Source: Dehalococcoidia bacterium (GTDB lineage Bacteria; Chloroflexota; Dehalococcoidia; GIF9; UBA5629). Taken from it: DNA of 64,000 nt. Below are positions 53,074-64,000 of this stretch, piece after piece (the first letter of the stretch is position 1; each line of letters starts with the position of its first letter). The position numbers and the translations under genes were made by a program. The notes under the pieces were generated by a model. It was not told the DNA's origin. It searched no databases and saw only the letters and a program-made list of their open reading frames with translations. The DNA lies in assembly GCA_050011565.1 (NCBI GenBank), contig JBEKIW010000001.1:160001-224000 (forward strand), in the 5' to 3' direction.

Positions 53074-54594
53074 ATGGACAAAGTTATTATTTTCGATACT
53101 ACTTTGCGTGATGGCGAGCAGGCAGCCGGGGCGGCACTGAGCGTCCAGGATAAGCTGGATATTGCCAAGCAACTGGAAAAGCTAGGCATCGATATTATTG
53201 AAGCCGGCTTTCCTATAAGCTCGCCGGGAGACTTCGAAGCGGTTCAGCTTATAGCCAGGGAAATTAAAAAGTCATCAGTGTGTGCCCTGGCCCATGCCAA
53301 CACTGAAGCCATAGATAGGGCATGGGAGGCCGTTAAAAAAGCCAAAAAACCTCGAATTCATATCTTCCTATCTGCTTCCGATATACATCTTCTTTATCAG
53401 CTGAAGAAGACTCGCGAGGAGATTCTGGAAATTTCACGCGAAATGGTAGCGCGGGCCAAGAAATATACGGATGACGTGGAGTTCTCGCCAATGGATGCCA
53501 GCCGAACTGAGCCGGCATACATTTATCGTATAGCAGAGGCGGTTATTAAGGCTGGCGCGACTACGTTAAATATTCCGGACACAGTCGGTTATGCCACGCC
53601 TCAAGAGTTTGGCGATTTGATTGAAGGTATATTTAAGAACGTGCCTAATATTGATAAGGCTGTGGTTAGTGTACATTGCCACAATGATTTGGGATTGGCA
53701 GTAGCCAATAGCCTGGAAGCGATACGAAGAGGTGCGCGACAGGTTGAATGTACTGTCAATGGCATAGGTGAGCGAGCCGGTAACGCTGCCATGGAAGAGA
53801 TTATCATGGCGCTTAAAACCAGAAGTGACTTTTATCATTTAACCTCTAATATTGATACCACCCACATTTATAAGACGAGCCGGCTGGTGAGCGAGCTTAC
53901 CGGATTTGCTGTTCAGCCTAACAAAGCTATTATCGGTGCCAATGCCTTCCGCCATGAATCAGGTATCCATCAGGATGGGGTGATTAAAAAAGCGATTACC
54001 TATGAGATTATGGACCCGAAATCAGTTGGTATTCCGTCTAGCAGCCTGGTACTGGGTAAGTTGAGCGGTCGGCATGCTTTTAAAGAGCGGCTGGCTGAAC
54101 TGGGTTATATTATGGATGAGGAATCATTAAAACATGCCTTCCAAGCCTTTAAGGAATTAGCCGATAAAAAGCGGGAAATCACTGACCGTGACATTGAATC
54201 TCTGATAGCTGAAGAACTGCGCACTGTTTCCGAGGTTTATCATCTCGACCACATTGAGGTTTCATGCGGTAATCACAACATTCCCACGGCTACGGTTAGA
54301 CTAATAGCTCCTGATGGCAAGGCTGTGGCTGATGCTGCTCTGGGTACCGGACCGGTGGATGCCGTATATGAAGCCATTAATCGAATAGTCAAGGTATCTA
54401 ATAAGCTTACTGAGTTCACTGTGAAATCAGTTACGGAAGGTATTGATGCTATCGGTGAGGTGCTTATCAGGATTGAGAGCGATGGTGTAAGTTATTCCGG
54501 GCGTGGTGCCGACACGGACATTATCGTTGCCAGCGCTAAAGCCTATATGAATGCTCTTAACCGGCTCCTGGCGGTCAAGAAAGTAAGAAAGTAA
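53074..54594 (+). CDS. leuA: 2-isopropylmalate synthase
   Basis: [39 protein letters not shown]. Confidence 0.96.
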   Translation: MDKVIIFDTTLRDGEQAAGAALSVQDKLDIAKQLEKLGIDIIEAGFPISSPGDFEAVQLIAREIKKSSVCALAHANTEAIDRAWEAVKKAKKPRIHIFLSASDIHLLYQLKKTREEILEISREMVARAKKYTDDVEFSPMDASRTEPAYIYRIAEAVIKAGATTLNIPDTVGYATPQEFGDLIEGIFKNVPNIDKAVVSVHCHNDLGLAVANSLEAIRRGARQVECTVNGIGERAGNAAMEEIIMALKTRSDFYHLTSNIDTTHIYKTSRLVSELTGFAVQPNKAIIGANAFRHESGIHQDGVIKKAITYEIMDPKSVGIPSSSLVLGKLSGRHAFKERLAELGYIMDEESLKHAFQAFKELADKKREITDRDIESLIAEELRTVSEVYHLDHIEVSCGNHNIPTATVRLIAPDGKAVADAALGTGPVDAVYEAINRIVKVSNKLTEFTVKSVTEGIDAIGEVLIRIESDGVSYSGRGADTDIIVASAKAYMNALNRLLAVKKVRK

Positions 54595-54603
54595 GAGACG
54601 TGC

Positions 54604-55008
54604 ATGAACACGTTATTAGATATAATCCTTCGCCTGCTACTGGCGGCAGCACTGGGAGCTGGTATCGGTTACCAGCGGGAGCGGGCTAATAAGCCTGCAG
54701 GACTGCGTACCCATATTTTGATTTCTCTGGGCTCCGCCCTGTTCACTGTAGTCTCAATATTCGGTTTCGGTAACGGAGTAGACCCCTCTCGAGTCGCTGC
54801 TGGAGTGGTGACTGGTATCGGCTTCATAGGTGCCGGGGTGATACTACGTGGTGTACGTGGCGAACATGTAGTTGGCTTGACTACTGCGGCTAGTATATGG
54901 GCCGTAGCGGCTATAGGGATGGCGGCTGGTGTCGGTATGTATCTAATAGCGACTATCGTGACGGTAATCGCTGTGCTCGTGCTCATGATTCCCACGGTGA
55001 AAGGATGA
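54604..55008 (+). CDS. MgtC/SapB family membrane protein
   Basis: IGYQRE...KPAGLRTH, DPSRVAAGVVTGIGFIGAG, GLTTAASIW. Confidence 0.92.
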   Translation: MNTLLDIILRLLLAAALGAGIGYQRERANKPAGLRTHILISLGSALFTVVSIFGFGNGVDPSRVAAGVVTGIGFIGAGVILRGVRGEHVVGLTTAASIWAVAAIGMAAGVGMYLIATIVTVIAVLVLMIPTVKG

Positions 55009-55032
55009 GTTGGGGAACTGAGGTGATGAATT

Positions 55033-56289
55033 TTGACTTTAGCTGAGAAGATTCTGGCAGCTCATTCGGGCTTAGATAGAGTCAGCCCTGGCGAATTTAT
55101 AAACGTCAGGGTTGATTTGGTTTTGTCCAATGATATCACGGCTCCTCTGTCGATAAAAGAGTTCCAGCGACTGGGAGTGAACAGGGTATATGACCCGAAA
55201 AGGGTAGTGATGGTGCCCGACCATTTTTGCCCCAATAAAGATATACTCTCCGCTGAGCAAGCCAAGATGATGCGTGAGTTTGCCCGGCAATATGACTTGC
55301 TTTATTTTGAAGTCGGCAGGATGGGCATCGAGCATGTGCTTTTGCCGGAGCAGGGCCTTGTCTTGCCCGGAGAAGTAGTTGTTGGCGCCGATTCTCACAC
55401 CTGCACCTATGGAGCCTTGGGTGCCTTGGCCACGGGTATGGGGTCGACTGATATTGCTGTGGCTATGGCTACCGGCGAGATATGGATGAAGGTACCGCCG
55501 ACCATAAAGTTTGTCTACCATGGAAAGCTGGGGAAATGGGTGGGTGGCAAGGACCTTATCCTTTATACCATAGGCGATATCGGCGTTGATGGCGCTCTTT
55601 ATTCGGTTATGGAGTTTACCGGCGAGGCGATTGATGCTCTATCCATGGACGGACGTTTCACCATGGCGAATATGGCGATTGAGGCTGGGGCTAAAGCCGG
55701 TATCTTCAGGGTGGACGGTAAGACGCGGCGATATGTTAAAGGTAGAGCTAGTCGTTCATACACAGCTTATGAACTGGATGATGATGCGGAATACGCCAGA
55801 GTAATTGAGTATGATGTATCCAAAATTGAGCCGCAAATAGCTTTGCCGCACCTGCCTTCCAACGTGAAGCCGGTAAGCCAGGTAGTTGACGTAAAGATTG
55901 ACCAGGTGGTCATCGGCAGTTGCACCAATGGGCGTCTCGATGACCTGAGGTTAGCTGCCAGCATACTTAAGGGCAGGCAGGTTAGCACTGAGGTGAGGTG
56001 CATCATCATTCCCGGCACACAGCAAGTATATCTTGACGCGCTCCATGAAGGCTTGATAGAGGCTTTCATTAAAGCCGGGGCAGTGGTTAGTACGCCTACC
56101 TGCGGCCCCTGCCTAGGAGGATATATGGGAGTATTGGCTGCGGGTGAGCGGTGTGTGTCGACTACCAACCGGAACTTCATTGGCAGGATGGGCAGCCCTC
56201 AGTCGGAAGTCTATCTGGCAAATCCAGCAGTCGCCGTCGCCAGTGCCGTTGTGGGGAAGATTGCCAGCCCGGTAGAGATTGTAGGCTAA
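55033..56289 (+). CDS. leuC: 3-isopropylmalate dehydratase large subunit
   Basis: [34 protein letters not shown]. Confidence 0.95.
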   Translation: MTLAEKILAAHSGLDRVSPGEFINVRVDLVLSNDITAPLSIKEFQRLGVNRVYDPKRVVMVPDHFCPNKDILSAEQAKMMREFARQYDLLYFEVGRMGIEHVLLPEQGLVLPGEVVVGADSHTCTYGALGALATGMGSTDIAVAMATGEIWMKVPPTIKFVYHGKLGKWVGGKDLILYTIGDIGVDGALYSVMEFTGEAIDALSMDGRFTMANMAIEAGAKAGIFRVDGKTRRYVKGRASRSYTAYELDDDAEYARVIEYDVSKIEPQIALPHLPSNVKPVSQVVDVKIDQVVIGSCTNGRLDDLRLAASILKGRQVSTEVRCIIIPGTQQVYLDALHEGLIEAFIKAGAVVSTPTCGPCLGGYMGVLAAGERCVSTTNRNFIGRMGSPQSEVYLANPAVAVASAVVGKIASPVEIVG

Positions 56290-56313
56290 TACCCGGGTAA
56301 AAGGGGGACCATT

Positions 56314-56796
56314 ATGAAAAATATAAAAAGCATCCGCACAGGCTTTATAGTTTTTATATCGGTCGGTTTGGTGATTAGTTCGTCTGCATGTTTAAACAAA
56401 CCAACAGGTACACCGCCACCGGGAGGGCAGATAATAGTGAAGCAATCCGGTGGCGCCGGGATGCTGATAAAAGAATGCACCGACAAGTCCTATATAACCC
56501 AGACAGCCGATTACATAATCGAGGGAACGGTTGAAAAAGTAGACAGCATGTGGAACGAGGGGAGAGCCGGTATCTTCACTTATACAGACTTGAGAATTGA
56601 AAATTACGTAAAAGGGGCTCCGTTTGCCGGAAATGAGCTTCAAATCGTTACCCCTGGCGGAACGGTTGGAGAAGTTAGTCAGTGGGTGGAAGACCAGCCG
56701 ATTTTCCATGAGGGGAAGAAGGTAAGGATATATTTCCAAGAGGTTAGCGGAGAGTACGTTATAGTCTGCGGCCAGTTTGGCGTTGAGGAAAGATAA
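56314..56796 (+). CDS. hypothetical lipoprotein
   Basis: Lipobox SSAC; ADYIIEGTV...PGGTVG...P.F..G pattern. Confidence 0.65.
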   Translation: MKNIKSIRTGFIVFISVGLVISSSACLNKPTGTPPPGGQIIVKQSGGAGMLIKECTDKSYITQTADYIIEGTVEKVDSMWNEGRAGIFTYTDLRIENYVKGAPFAGNELQIVTPGGTVGEVSQWVEDQPIFHEGKKVRIYFQEVSGEYVIVCGQFGVEER

Positions 56797-56844
56797 TTTT
56801 TCGGGAGCGCCACTACCTGATAGAAGACTGAAGAGGAATTTGTC

Positions 56845-57222
56845 ATGATTAATGCAATATTGCTGTATGTGGGTGCTGGTCTCATAACGCTGTGGGGCAT
56901 AGCCCATATTATCCCCACTAAGTCGGTGGTTAACGGTTTCGGGCAAATATCTAAAGACAACAGGCGAATAATAACAATGGAGTGGATTGCCGAAGGTCTG
57001 ACGCTGTGTTTCATCGGGTTGCTTGTATTGCTGGTCACCATTTTTGCAGGGCCTCAGAATAGCGTTTCAAAGATAGTCTACTTGACGTCGGCGGCGATGC
57101 TTGTGGTCATGGCGGTATTAACCGCGTCGACCGGAGCCAGAACATCGATTTTGCCGATAAAGATTTGTCCGGCGGTAAAGATAGCTGTAGCCATATTGTT
57201 TATCCTGGGGACTATGTTGTGA
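56845..57222 (+). CDS. hypothetical membrane protein
   Basis: 4 hydrophobic segments, GAGG RBS. Confidence 0.65.
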   Translation: MINAILLYVGAGLITLWGIAHIIPTKSVVNGFGQISKDNRRIITMEWIAEGLTLCFIGLLVLLVTIFAGPQNSVSKIVYLTSAAMLVVMAVLTASTGARTSILPIKICPAVKIAVAILFILGTML

Positions 57223-57686
57223 ATGAGAAGAAAAATACAGAGGCTGAACTAACTGCCTACTGCGGTTTGTATTGCGGTGATTGCCTTCGCTACCGGAGTA
57301 AAGTCACGCAATTGGCAGCGGACTTAATGAGTGAGCTGCAAGTGGTACGATTCAATAAGTATGCCGAAGTGAAAAGTGCTGCTGTTAAAGAGCTGGAGAG
57401 CTATGACGAATGCCTTCAGGTTTTAGGTGCAATAGTTAAATTGGGGTGTGACACTCCGTGCAGAGCTGGTGGCGACGGATGTTCAGAACCTTGTGAAATT
57501 AAGAGATGTGTTAAGTTAAAAAACCTCGAAGGTTGTTGGGAGTGTGATGTGCTTGAAAGATGTGATAAGTTTGAATTTTTCAAGCCAATACATGGTGATA
57601 CGACCAAGGGAAATTTGAGAAAAATTAAAGAATACGGTCTAAATGGATGGGTAGAACACAGGGAGAAGTTCTACTCGTGGTTATAA
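57219..57686 (+). CDS. DUF3795 Cys-rich protein
   Basis: AYCGLYCGDC ... C..CR ... CEIKRC ... CWEC...C; GTG start overlapping previous stop. Confidence 0.85.
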   Translation: MNEKKNTEAELTAYCGLYCGDCLRYRSKVTQLAADLMSELQVVRFNKYAEVKSAAVKELESYDECLQVLGAIVKLGCDTPCRAGGDGCSEPCEIKRCVKLKNLEGCWECDVLERCDKFEFFKPIHGDTTKGNLRKIKEYGLNGWVEHREKFYSWL

Positions 57687-57766
57687 TGGCTTACTCGGGG
57701 TGGCGAACAACAATTGCTTCATTCATTTGAGATGGTACCGTCTAGTTTTGAAAGGTAGGTGATGAT

Positions 57767-58267
57767 TTGAAGTTAAAAGGCAAAGTCCATAAGTATGGCG
57801 CTAACCTGGATACCGATGCCATTATTCCGGCAAGATATCTCAATCTATCTGAGGCTGAGGAATTGGCTCAACATTGCATGGAAGACATAGATCCTGAATT
57901 CCTGACCAGGGTTAAACCTGGAGATATAATTGTGGCTGACACCAATTTTGGTTGCGGCTCATCGCGGGAACACGCCCCGTTAGCTATCAAAGCCGCGGGC
58001 GTGTCCTGTATTATTGCTAAAAGCTTCGCCCGTATTTTTTTCCGCAATTCTATCAATATTGGATTACCTCTCCTGGAATGTATCGAAGCCGTTGACGGGA
58101 CCGAAGCCGGAGATATTCTTGAGGTCGACCTGGCTACGGGGAAAATAGTTAATGTTACTCGGGGCAAGACTTTTGTTGCCGAACCTTATCCAGATTTCAT
58201 GATGGGAATCATAAATGCCGGCGGGCTTATAGGATATACCAAGAAGAAACTATCGGGAGGATTGTAA
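57767..58267 (+). CDS. leuD: 3-isopropylmalate dehydratase small subunit
   Basis: [31 protein letters not shown]. Confidence 0.95.
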   Translation: MKLKGKVHKYGANLDTDAIIPARYLNLSEAEELAQHCMEDIDPEFLTRVKPGDIIVADTNFGCGSSREHAPLAIKAAGVSCIIAKSFARIFFRNSINIGLPLLECIEAVDGTEAGDILEVDLATGKIVNVTRGKTFVAEPYPDFMMGIINAGGLIGYTKKKLSGGL

Positions 58268-58269
58268 AG

Positions 58270-59373
58270 GTGCAGTTCAATATAGCGGCATTGTTAGGCG
58301 ATGGCGTCGGTCCTGAAGTGGCTAATGAAGCCATAAGAGTCCTGGAGGCTGTGGGTAAAAAGTTAGGTCACAGCTTTCAATTTCAGCATGGTCTGGTGGG
58401 TGGAGCATCGATAGATGTCCACGGCGTTGCCCTGACTGAAGAAACTTTGAAGATGTGCCGGGATAGCGATGCTGTATTGCTCGGGGCTGTCGGTGGGCCG
58501 AAGTGGGATGACCCAAAGGCTAAGGTGCGACCCGAAGACGGGCTTCTGGCTTTACGCCAGGAACTGGCGCTTTTTGCCAACTTGCGGCCGATAAAAGTCC
58601 TGCCTATGCTGGTAAATTCGACAAGTCTCAAGCCAGAAATCATAAAGGATGTCGACCTTATGGTAGTTCGAGAGCTCACCGGCGGTCTTTACTTCGGGCA
58701 GCCCAAGAAACAGTGGCAGACGGCTGAAGGCAGACGGGCTGTTGATACTATGGCCTATTCAGAAAGTGAGATTGAGCGCATTGTCAGAGTCGGCTTCGAG
58801 ATAGCGCTGACTCGCCGCAAGAAGCTGACCTCAGTGGATAAGGCTAATGTTCTCGAGTCGTCCAGGTTGTGGCGGCAGGTGGCAACCGAGGTCGCTGCTG
58901 ATTATCCAGGCGTGGAGCTGGAGCATATGCTGGTGGATGCCTGTTCTATGCGTCTTATCCAGCGGCCGGCTCAATTTGATGTCGTGGTTACGGAGAACAC
59001 ATTCGGAGATATTCTAACCGATGAAGCCTCAATGCTGGCAGGTTCCATGGGGATGCTGCCATCCGCCAGTTTGGCGGGCATTCCTGAGGGGGGCGCCTCG
59101 AAAGCTTTCGGCTTATATGAGCCGATTCACGGCAGTGCGCCAAGTCGAGCCGGACAAAATATAGCCAATCCCATCGCCACAATTTTAAGTGGCGCCATGA
59201 TGCTCCGCTATTCGTTTGCCCTGGCGTCTGAAGCTGAAGCCATCGAGAGGGCGGTAATAGCTGTCTTAGAAGAAGGTTATCGAACGTATGATATAATGGA
59301 CGAACGTAAAACCAAGGTGGGCACGAAGGAGATGGGCGGACTAATTGCTGAGAGGATAACCAGGAATCAATAA
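58270..59373 (+). CDS. leuB: 3-isopropylmalate dehydrogenase
   Basis: [50 protein letters not shown]. Confidence 0.97.
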   Translation: MQFNIAALLGDGVGPEVANEAIRVLEAVGKKLGHSFQFQHGLVGGASIDVHGVALTEETLKMCRDSDAVLLGAVGGPKWDDPKAKVRPEDGLLALRQELALFANLRPIKVLPMLVNSTSLKPEIIKDVDLMVVRELTGGLYFGQPKKQWQTAEGRRAVDTMAYSESEIERIVRVGFEIALTRRKKLTSVDKANVLESSRLWRQVATEVAADYPGVELEHMLVDACSMRLIQRPAQFDVVVTENTFGDILTDEASMLAGSMGMLPSASLAGIPEGGASKAFGLYEPIHGSAPSRAGQNIANPIATILSGAMMLRYSFALASEAEAIERAVIAVLEEGYRTYDIMDERKTKVGTKEMGGLIAERITRNQ

Positions 59374-60974
59374 TGCCAGTTCAGCTTTACGATACAACTT
59401 TAAGAGATGGAGCTCAGCAGGAGGGCGTTTCCTTCTCTGTCGCCGATAAGCTCAAGATTACACAGAAGCTCGATGACTTGGGCGTTCATTTTATTGAAGG
59501 TGGCTGGCCGGGAGCCAATCCCAAGGATACGGAGTTCTTTATTAAAGCTAAGGGCTTAAAGTTGAAGAATTCGATACTGGTTGCCTTTGGCAGTACCAGA
59601 CACCCTGATTCAACGGTAGGCAAAGACGCCGGCTTGCAGGCATTGGTGGACGCTGGGACAAAGGTGGTTACTGTAGTCGGCAAGGCTTGGGATTTGCATG
59701 TGACCAAGGTGCTGGAAACCAATTTGGATAATAATCTGCGCATCATCGCTGAATCTGTTGACTTTCTCAGGTCAAAAGGACTTACTGTATTCTTCGATGC
59801 CGAGCATTTTTTTGACGGCTATAAAGCGAATCCCGAATATGCAATAGAGGTGGTTAAAACTGGGGCGCAGGCTGGAGCTGATTGTGTAGTCCTTTGTGAT
59901 ACCAACGGTGGCGCCCTACCTTCTGAAATATCCATGGCCGTGAAGGCTGTTCAGAAAAGCGTATCCGTGCCGCTCGGCATTCACGTGCACAATGACGGAG
60001 AGATGGCCGTAGCTAATTCCCTGACTGCGGTCCAGGCTGGAGTCATTCAGGTGCAGGGGACTATTAACGGTTATGGCGAGCGTTGTGGCAATGCCAACCT
60101 ATGTTCCATTATCCCGGACCTGAAACTCAAACTGGGTATTGACTGTATCGCGGATGAGCGACTGGTTAAGCTAACCGAAGTTTCTCATTACGTGGCTGAA
60201 TTAGCCAACCTGGCTCCATCAAGCCACCTTCCCTACGTAGGCACCAGTGCCTTTGCCCACAAGGGAGGACTGCACGTATCGGGCATAATGAAGTGGGAAG
60301 ACAGCTATCAGCATATCGACCCGTCGCTGGTAGGAAATCAACCCAATGTAGTTGTGTCCGAGTTGTCGGGAAAGGGCAACATTGTTTATAAGGCGAAGGA
60401 ACTGGGTATCACTCTATCATCGAAGAGCAAACAGACGCGCCAGATATTGCAGCAAATTAAGCTGTTGGAAAGCCGCGGCTTTCAATATGAAGGCGCTGAT
60501 GCCTCCTTTGAACTATTATTGCATCGCGCTCAGGCGGAATATAAGTCTCCTTTTGAACTTATTGATTTTATGGTGGTAGTGGAGAGGCACCGCCGCCCAT
60601 CTCGCGAAAATGAATCGGAACTGCTTTCGGAAGCAACGGTCAAGGTGAAAGTCGGCGATAGGATAATGCATACTGCTGCCGAGGGCAACGGTCCGGTGAA
60701 TGCTCTTGACCGGGCTTTACGTAAGGCTTTGATTGAGTTTTACCCTGATTTGACTGTTGTTGAGCTGATGGACTACAAGGTCCGGATCTTGGAAGAAAGT
60801 GCCGGTACCGGTTCCCAGGTGCGGGTGCTGATTGAGTCGGGCGACGGCAAGAAGCAATGGAGAACTGTCGGCAGCTCGACTAATATCATAGAGGCCAGTT
60901 GGCTGGCTCTGGCTGATAGCATGGAATACTGGTTGCTTAAGCGGAATAAAAACAGGCAACGCAAGTCAAAATAA
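59373..60974 (+). CDS. cimA: citramalate synthase
   Basis: YDTTLRDGAQ, EGGWPGANPKD, FDAEHFFDG, GYGERCGN, AHKGGLH, DYKVRIL. Confidence 0.93.
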   Translation: MPVQLYDTTLRDGAQQEGVSFSVADKLKITQKLDDLGVHFIEGGWPGANPKDTEFFIKAKGLKLKNSILVAFGSTRHPDSTVGKDAGLQALVDAGTKVVTVVGKAWDLHVTKVLETNLDNNLRIIAESVDFLRSKGLTVFFDAEHFFDGYKANPEYAIEVVKTGAQAGADCVVLCDTNGGALPSEISMAVKAVQKSVSVPLGIHVHNDGEMAVANSLTAVQAGVIQVQGTINGYGERCGNANLCSIIPDLKLKLGIDCIADERLVKLTEVSHYVAELANLAPSSHLPYVGTSAFAHKGGLHVSGIMKWEDSYQHIDPSLVGNQPNVVVSELSGKGNIVYKAKELGITLSSKSKQTRQILQQIKLLESRGFQYEGADASFELLLHRAQAEYKSPFELIDFMVVVERHRRPSRENESELLSEATVKVKVGDRIMHTAAEGNGPVNALDRALRKALIEFYPDLTVVELMDYKVRILEESAGTGSQVRVLIESGDGKKQWRTVGSSTNIIEASWLALADSMEYWLLKRNKNRQRKSK

Positions 60975-61047
60975 TATTCGCTATTGCGTTGCCTGCTACT
61001 AAGTCACGACTCTATATTCAATTAAATCCGAAAGCTTAAAGGCTTTA

Positions 61048-62265
61048 CTACTTTTCCTTCTTGATAATTATAGCCACGCCTTGCCCGCCACCGATGCAGG
61101 CGTTAGCCAGACCGTAAGTACCACCTTCCATGTTAAGTATTCTGGCCAATGAGCCGGTCAGTCTGGTCCCGGAGGCGCCCAGCGGATGGCCGATTGCAGT
61201 AGCGCCACCTTTTATGTTGACTTTGTCAGGGTCGATACCCAGCTGTTGTATGGCATAAAGGGCTACTATACAGAACGCTTCGTTAATCTCCCAGAAGTTA
61301 ATGTCCTTCACATCCAGGCCGGCATGCTTTAGCGCCATTTTGCTGGCTGGGACAGGACCTTTTCCCATAATAGATGGCTCTACGCCAGCCCATCCCATAG
61401 AGACGATGGTGGCTAGAGGCTTAAGTTTGTACTCTTTTGCCTTTTCTTTCGACATTAGCAGCATTGCTGAGGCGCCAGCGTTTAGAGGCGAAGAGTTCCC
61501 GGCGGTTATCTGTCCATCCGGTCTGAATGCCGGCTTCAACGCCGCCAGGCCTTCCATAGTGGTGTCTGCTCTTATGCTCAAATCGCAATCAATGACCTGC
61601 TTGGTACCGTCGGCCAGTGTTACCTCGATAGGCATTATTTCGCCTTTGAAAAATCCCTCTTTAAGAGCTTTGGCTGCCAACTGGTGACTTCTGAGCGCCC
61701 ATTTATCCATATCCTCTCTGGTAAGGCCTGATTCCAAAAACAGTGTTTCTGCAGTAAGGCCCATGTTCATGGCGGTTAAGAACTCGTATTTCTTAAAGCG
61801 TTCGTCTGTTACAAAGCGAGTATCCGGTTGTCTCAATATAGCCCTGGGGTCTCCCTCGGCCATAGCCATGGGGATATGTGTCATGTGTTCCATCCCACAC
61901 GAAATGGCGACATCGGAATATCCCAGCATTATCTCCATAGCCGCCTCATGTATGGTTGACATTGATGACCCGCACTGTCTGTCGATTTGTTCAGCCGGTA
62001 CAGTCACCGGCAATTCAGCGTGAAATACCACATTTCTGCCCCCGTATGTCCACTGCTCACCCACGGGAAAGGCGGTGCCGACCACTACGTCATTGATATC
62101 CTTGGGATCTACTTTGGTTCTCTTAAGAATTTCCTTAATAAGCATCCCGGCAACTTCGTCCATTCTCAGGCTGTTGAGCATGTCCTTCTCGGGTTCTCGC
62201 GGCCTAGACCTCGAAAATCCAGACCTCAGATAGTCTACTATTACGGCTTCTCTAGTTTGTGGCAT
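61048..62265 (-). CDS. acetyl-CoA acyltransferase (thiolase)
   Basis: RQCGSS, TAGNSSPLNAGA, EINEAF, GHPLGASG, CIGGGQG. Confidence 0.95.
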   Translation of the reverse strand: MPQTREAVIVDYLRSGFSRSRPREPEKDMLNSLRMDEVAGMLIKEILKRTKVDPKDINDVVVGTAFPVGEQWTYGGRNVVFHAELPVTVPAEQIDRQCGSSMSTIHEAAMEIMLGYSDVAISCGMEHMTHIPMAMAEGDPRAILRQPDTRFVTDERFKKYEFLTAMNMGLTAETLFLESGLTREDMDKWALRSHQLAAKALKEGFFKGEIMPIEVTLADGTKQVIDCDLSIRADTTMEGLAALKPAFRPDGQITAGNSSPLNAGASAMLLMSKEKAKEYKLKPLATIVSMGWAGVEPSIMGKGPVPASKMALKHAGLDVKDINFWEINEAFCIVALYAIQQLGIDPDKVNIKGGATAIGHPLGASGTRLTGSLARILNMEGGTYGLANACIGGGQGVAIIIKKEK

Positions 62266-62341
62266 TTTTAATCCTCCTTGGTTAGTGTGTTCATTGTACT
62301 ATATTCCAACTAACGTGGCAATCGATTTTGTGCTTAGGCAA

Positions 62342-62962
62342 TTATACTGGTTTGCCCATTGGTATTATGTATAATGGCTTGATTTGTTCCTCGAGATCCA
62401 GGACTTTCCTTACTTCTTCATCGTCGAAGGCGCCGACCATTACCGTACCCAAGCCAAGTGCCACGGCCTGCAGTGAGACATTTTGGCCGACATGGCCGAC
62501 TTCCATGTGGACATATCTCTCGCCACGCCTGCCATATCTGTAGGCGGTCCTGGGATGAATGGCGCAGATGATCATATCCACCGGGCACCTGGCAATAGAG
62601 CTTTGGCCCAGTGCCGTATCAGCCAGTTCCTGCCTAAAGTCGCCAATCTGATGCAAGCCAAGAGAATGATTGCCCACATCATAATGATATATGCCGGCGA
62701 CCAGACCTTGTACGCCATGTTCGCCGATAACAACAAAAATCTCTAATGGATAGGTAGCTCCGGCGCTTGGGGCAGCTCTTCTGCCGCCAGTGCCCGTAGT
62801 GCCCTGGGCGGACCATAATAGCTGGGAGAGCTGCCCCAGAGTTAACGGCTCAGCTTGAAACCTTCTAACTGACCTTCTCTTTGAGATGGCTTGTTCCAGC
62901 GATAGCTTCCCGCGCGGGATTGGGGAAGGGAGGTTAATCGGAGTTTCCGTTGTCCCAACCAC
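62342..62962 (-). CDS. SagB/ThcOx-type nitroreductase family protein
   Basis: RRSVRRF, LSQLLWSAQG, APSAGATYPLE, YGRRGERY, EVGH..QN. Confidence 0.9.
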   Translation of the reverse strand: MVGTTETPINLPSPIPRGKLSLEQAISKRRSVRRFQAEPLTLGQLSQLLWSAQGTTGTGGRRAAPSAGATYPLEIFVVIGEHGVQGLVAGIYHYDVGNHSLGLHQIGDFRQELADTALGQSSIARCPVDMIICAIHPRTAYRYGRRGERYVHMEVGHVGQNVSLQAVALGLGTVMVGAFDDEEVRKVLDLEEQIKPLYIIPMGKPV

Positions 62963-64000
62963 TAGCCTTTTATAACTCCCATGGGGCTTGCCATCGCCAC
63001 TTTTTTTGAAATTCCGGCCCGGTGTGTTACCTCGACTACCTGGGTAACATCTTTATAAGCTTGTGATGCTTCTTCAGCCAGTGAAGCCATGCTATTGGTT
63101 TTAACAATAATGCCTTTAGCTCTCAGTTCATCAGCCACGTCGATACCTCGCAAGCTGCGCCTGGCGGCACCGCGGCTCTGCATTCTGCCGGCTCCATGGC
63201 AAGTGGAACCGAAGGTTTCCGCCATGGCTCTCTCGGTGCCTACGGCGATATATGAGCAGCGTCCCATGTCGCCGGGAATGAGCACCGGTTGTCCCACTTC
63301 TTTGTAGCGAACCGGTATATCCTTGTGTCCGGCAGGGAAAGCTCTGGTCGCGCCCTTGCGATGGACACATACTGTAATCTTCTTGCCATCTACTAGATGC
63401 TCTTCTATTTTGGCGATGTTGTGAGCCACGTCATAAATTTGCCGCATACCCAACTGTTCAAGGCTCTTGCCGAAGACCTTAATGAATGACTCCCGTGCCC
63501 AGTGCGTAATGCACTGGCGGTTAGCCCAGGCATAGTTGGCAGCACAAGCCATTGCCGCCAGATAGTCCTTTCCTTCCTTCGACTCTAGCGGAGCGCAGGC
63601 CAGTTGCCTATCAGGTAGACTGATACCATATCTTGTAACTGCCTCCTCCATTATTCTCAGATAGTCGTCGCACACCTGATGTCCCAGACCTCTTGAGCCG
63701 GTATGTATGAGCAACAGCACCTGTCCCATCCGCTCGATACCCATGGTCTTAGCGGCAATTTCATCGTAGATTTCCCTTACTACCTGAACTTCCAGGAAGT
63801 GGTTTCCTGAGCCTAAAGTTCCTGATTGAGGCGCTCCTCTTTTCTTAGCTCTGGCACTTACCTTCTCCGGGTTGGCCCCTTTCATGCGGCCTGTTTCCTC
63901 CGTGGCCTCCAGGTCTTCGGACAGACCGAAACCACGTTTTACTGCCCAATGAGCTCCGTCGGAAAGCACCTCGTTAATTTCCTTTTCACCCACCCTTATT
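62962..64000 (-). CDS. rtcB: RtcB family RNA ligase, 5' part beyond window end
   Basis: GTLGSGNHFLE, HTGSRG, HNIA, HRKGAT, PGDMG, STCHGAGR, AYKDV. Confidence 0.95.
   Translation of the reverse strand, partial: IRVGEKEINEVLSDGAHWAVKRGFGLSEDLEATEETGRMKGANPEKVSARAKKRGAPQSGTLGSGNHFLEVQVVREIYDEIAAKTMGIERMGQVLLLIHTGSRGLGHQVCDDYLRIMEEAVTRYGISLPDRQLACAPLESKEGKDYLAAMACAANYAWANRQCITHWARESFIKVFGKSLEQLGMRQIYDVAHNIAKIEEHLVDGKKITVCVHRKGATRAFPAGHKDIPVRYKEVGQPVLIPGDMGRCSYIAVGTERAMAETFGSTCHGAGRMQSRGAARRSLRGIDVADELRAKGIIVKTNSMASLAEEASQAYKDVTQVVEVTHRAGISKKVAMASPMGVIKG

Noticed and set aside
54604-55008. MgtC-family gene inside the leu operon as a novel insertion
   Set aside because: As I recall, the same placement occurs in Dehalococcoides, so it is probably a lineage-typical arrangement (not verified here).
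62342-62962. SagB/ThcOx-like gene as part of a RiPP cluster
   Set aside because: No YcaO, precursor peptide or transporter nearby; stand-alone members of this family are common.

Overview
64 kb of bacterial chromosome, most likely a Dehalococcoidia-like Chloroflexota. This is inferred from protein character, the ilv-leu-mgtC-cimA gene order and a 23S rRNA gene without 16S. Most of the window is housekeeping and heterotrophic metabolism: folP-folK-queD, lemA/htpX, a probable heteromeric acyl-CoA dehydrogenase pair, cysteine synthase, a GH3 glycosidase, 4-hydroxybutyryl-CoA dehydratase, bfr, a short PPDK, guaA, tsaC-rpiB, the ilvD-ilvB-ilvN-ilvC-leuA-leuC-leuD-leuB-cimA operon, a thiolase and partial rtcB. 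A 23S rRNA gene with its own promoter and no adjacent 16S or 5S runs into an initiator tRNA-Met. The tRNA 3' end is an integration hotspot: a 40-bp copy lies 2.7 kb away, with hicAB and an MFS gene in between and a decayed large serine recombinase beyond it. The accessory region at ~28.2-36.9 kb holds an RpoD-like sigma factor without dnaG, an RRM protein and a zinc-ribbon protein behind a structured leader, and two DUF3494 ice-binding-like surface proteins. The best candidate for an undescribed system is there: a surface protein ending in a 'VGGxxxPxDK...PW'-TM-RRR tail, encoded directly upstream of a lipoprotein with a caspase/gingipain-like (clan CD) His-Cys dyad. This may be a protein-sorting signal with its cognate sortase-like enzyme. 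Intergenic regions carry several REP-like repeat families. All family assignments come from reading motifs by eye; no searches were run.
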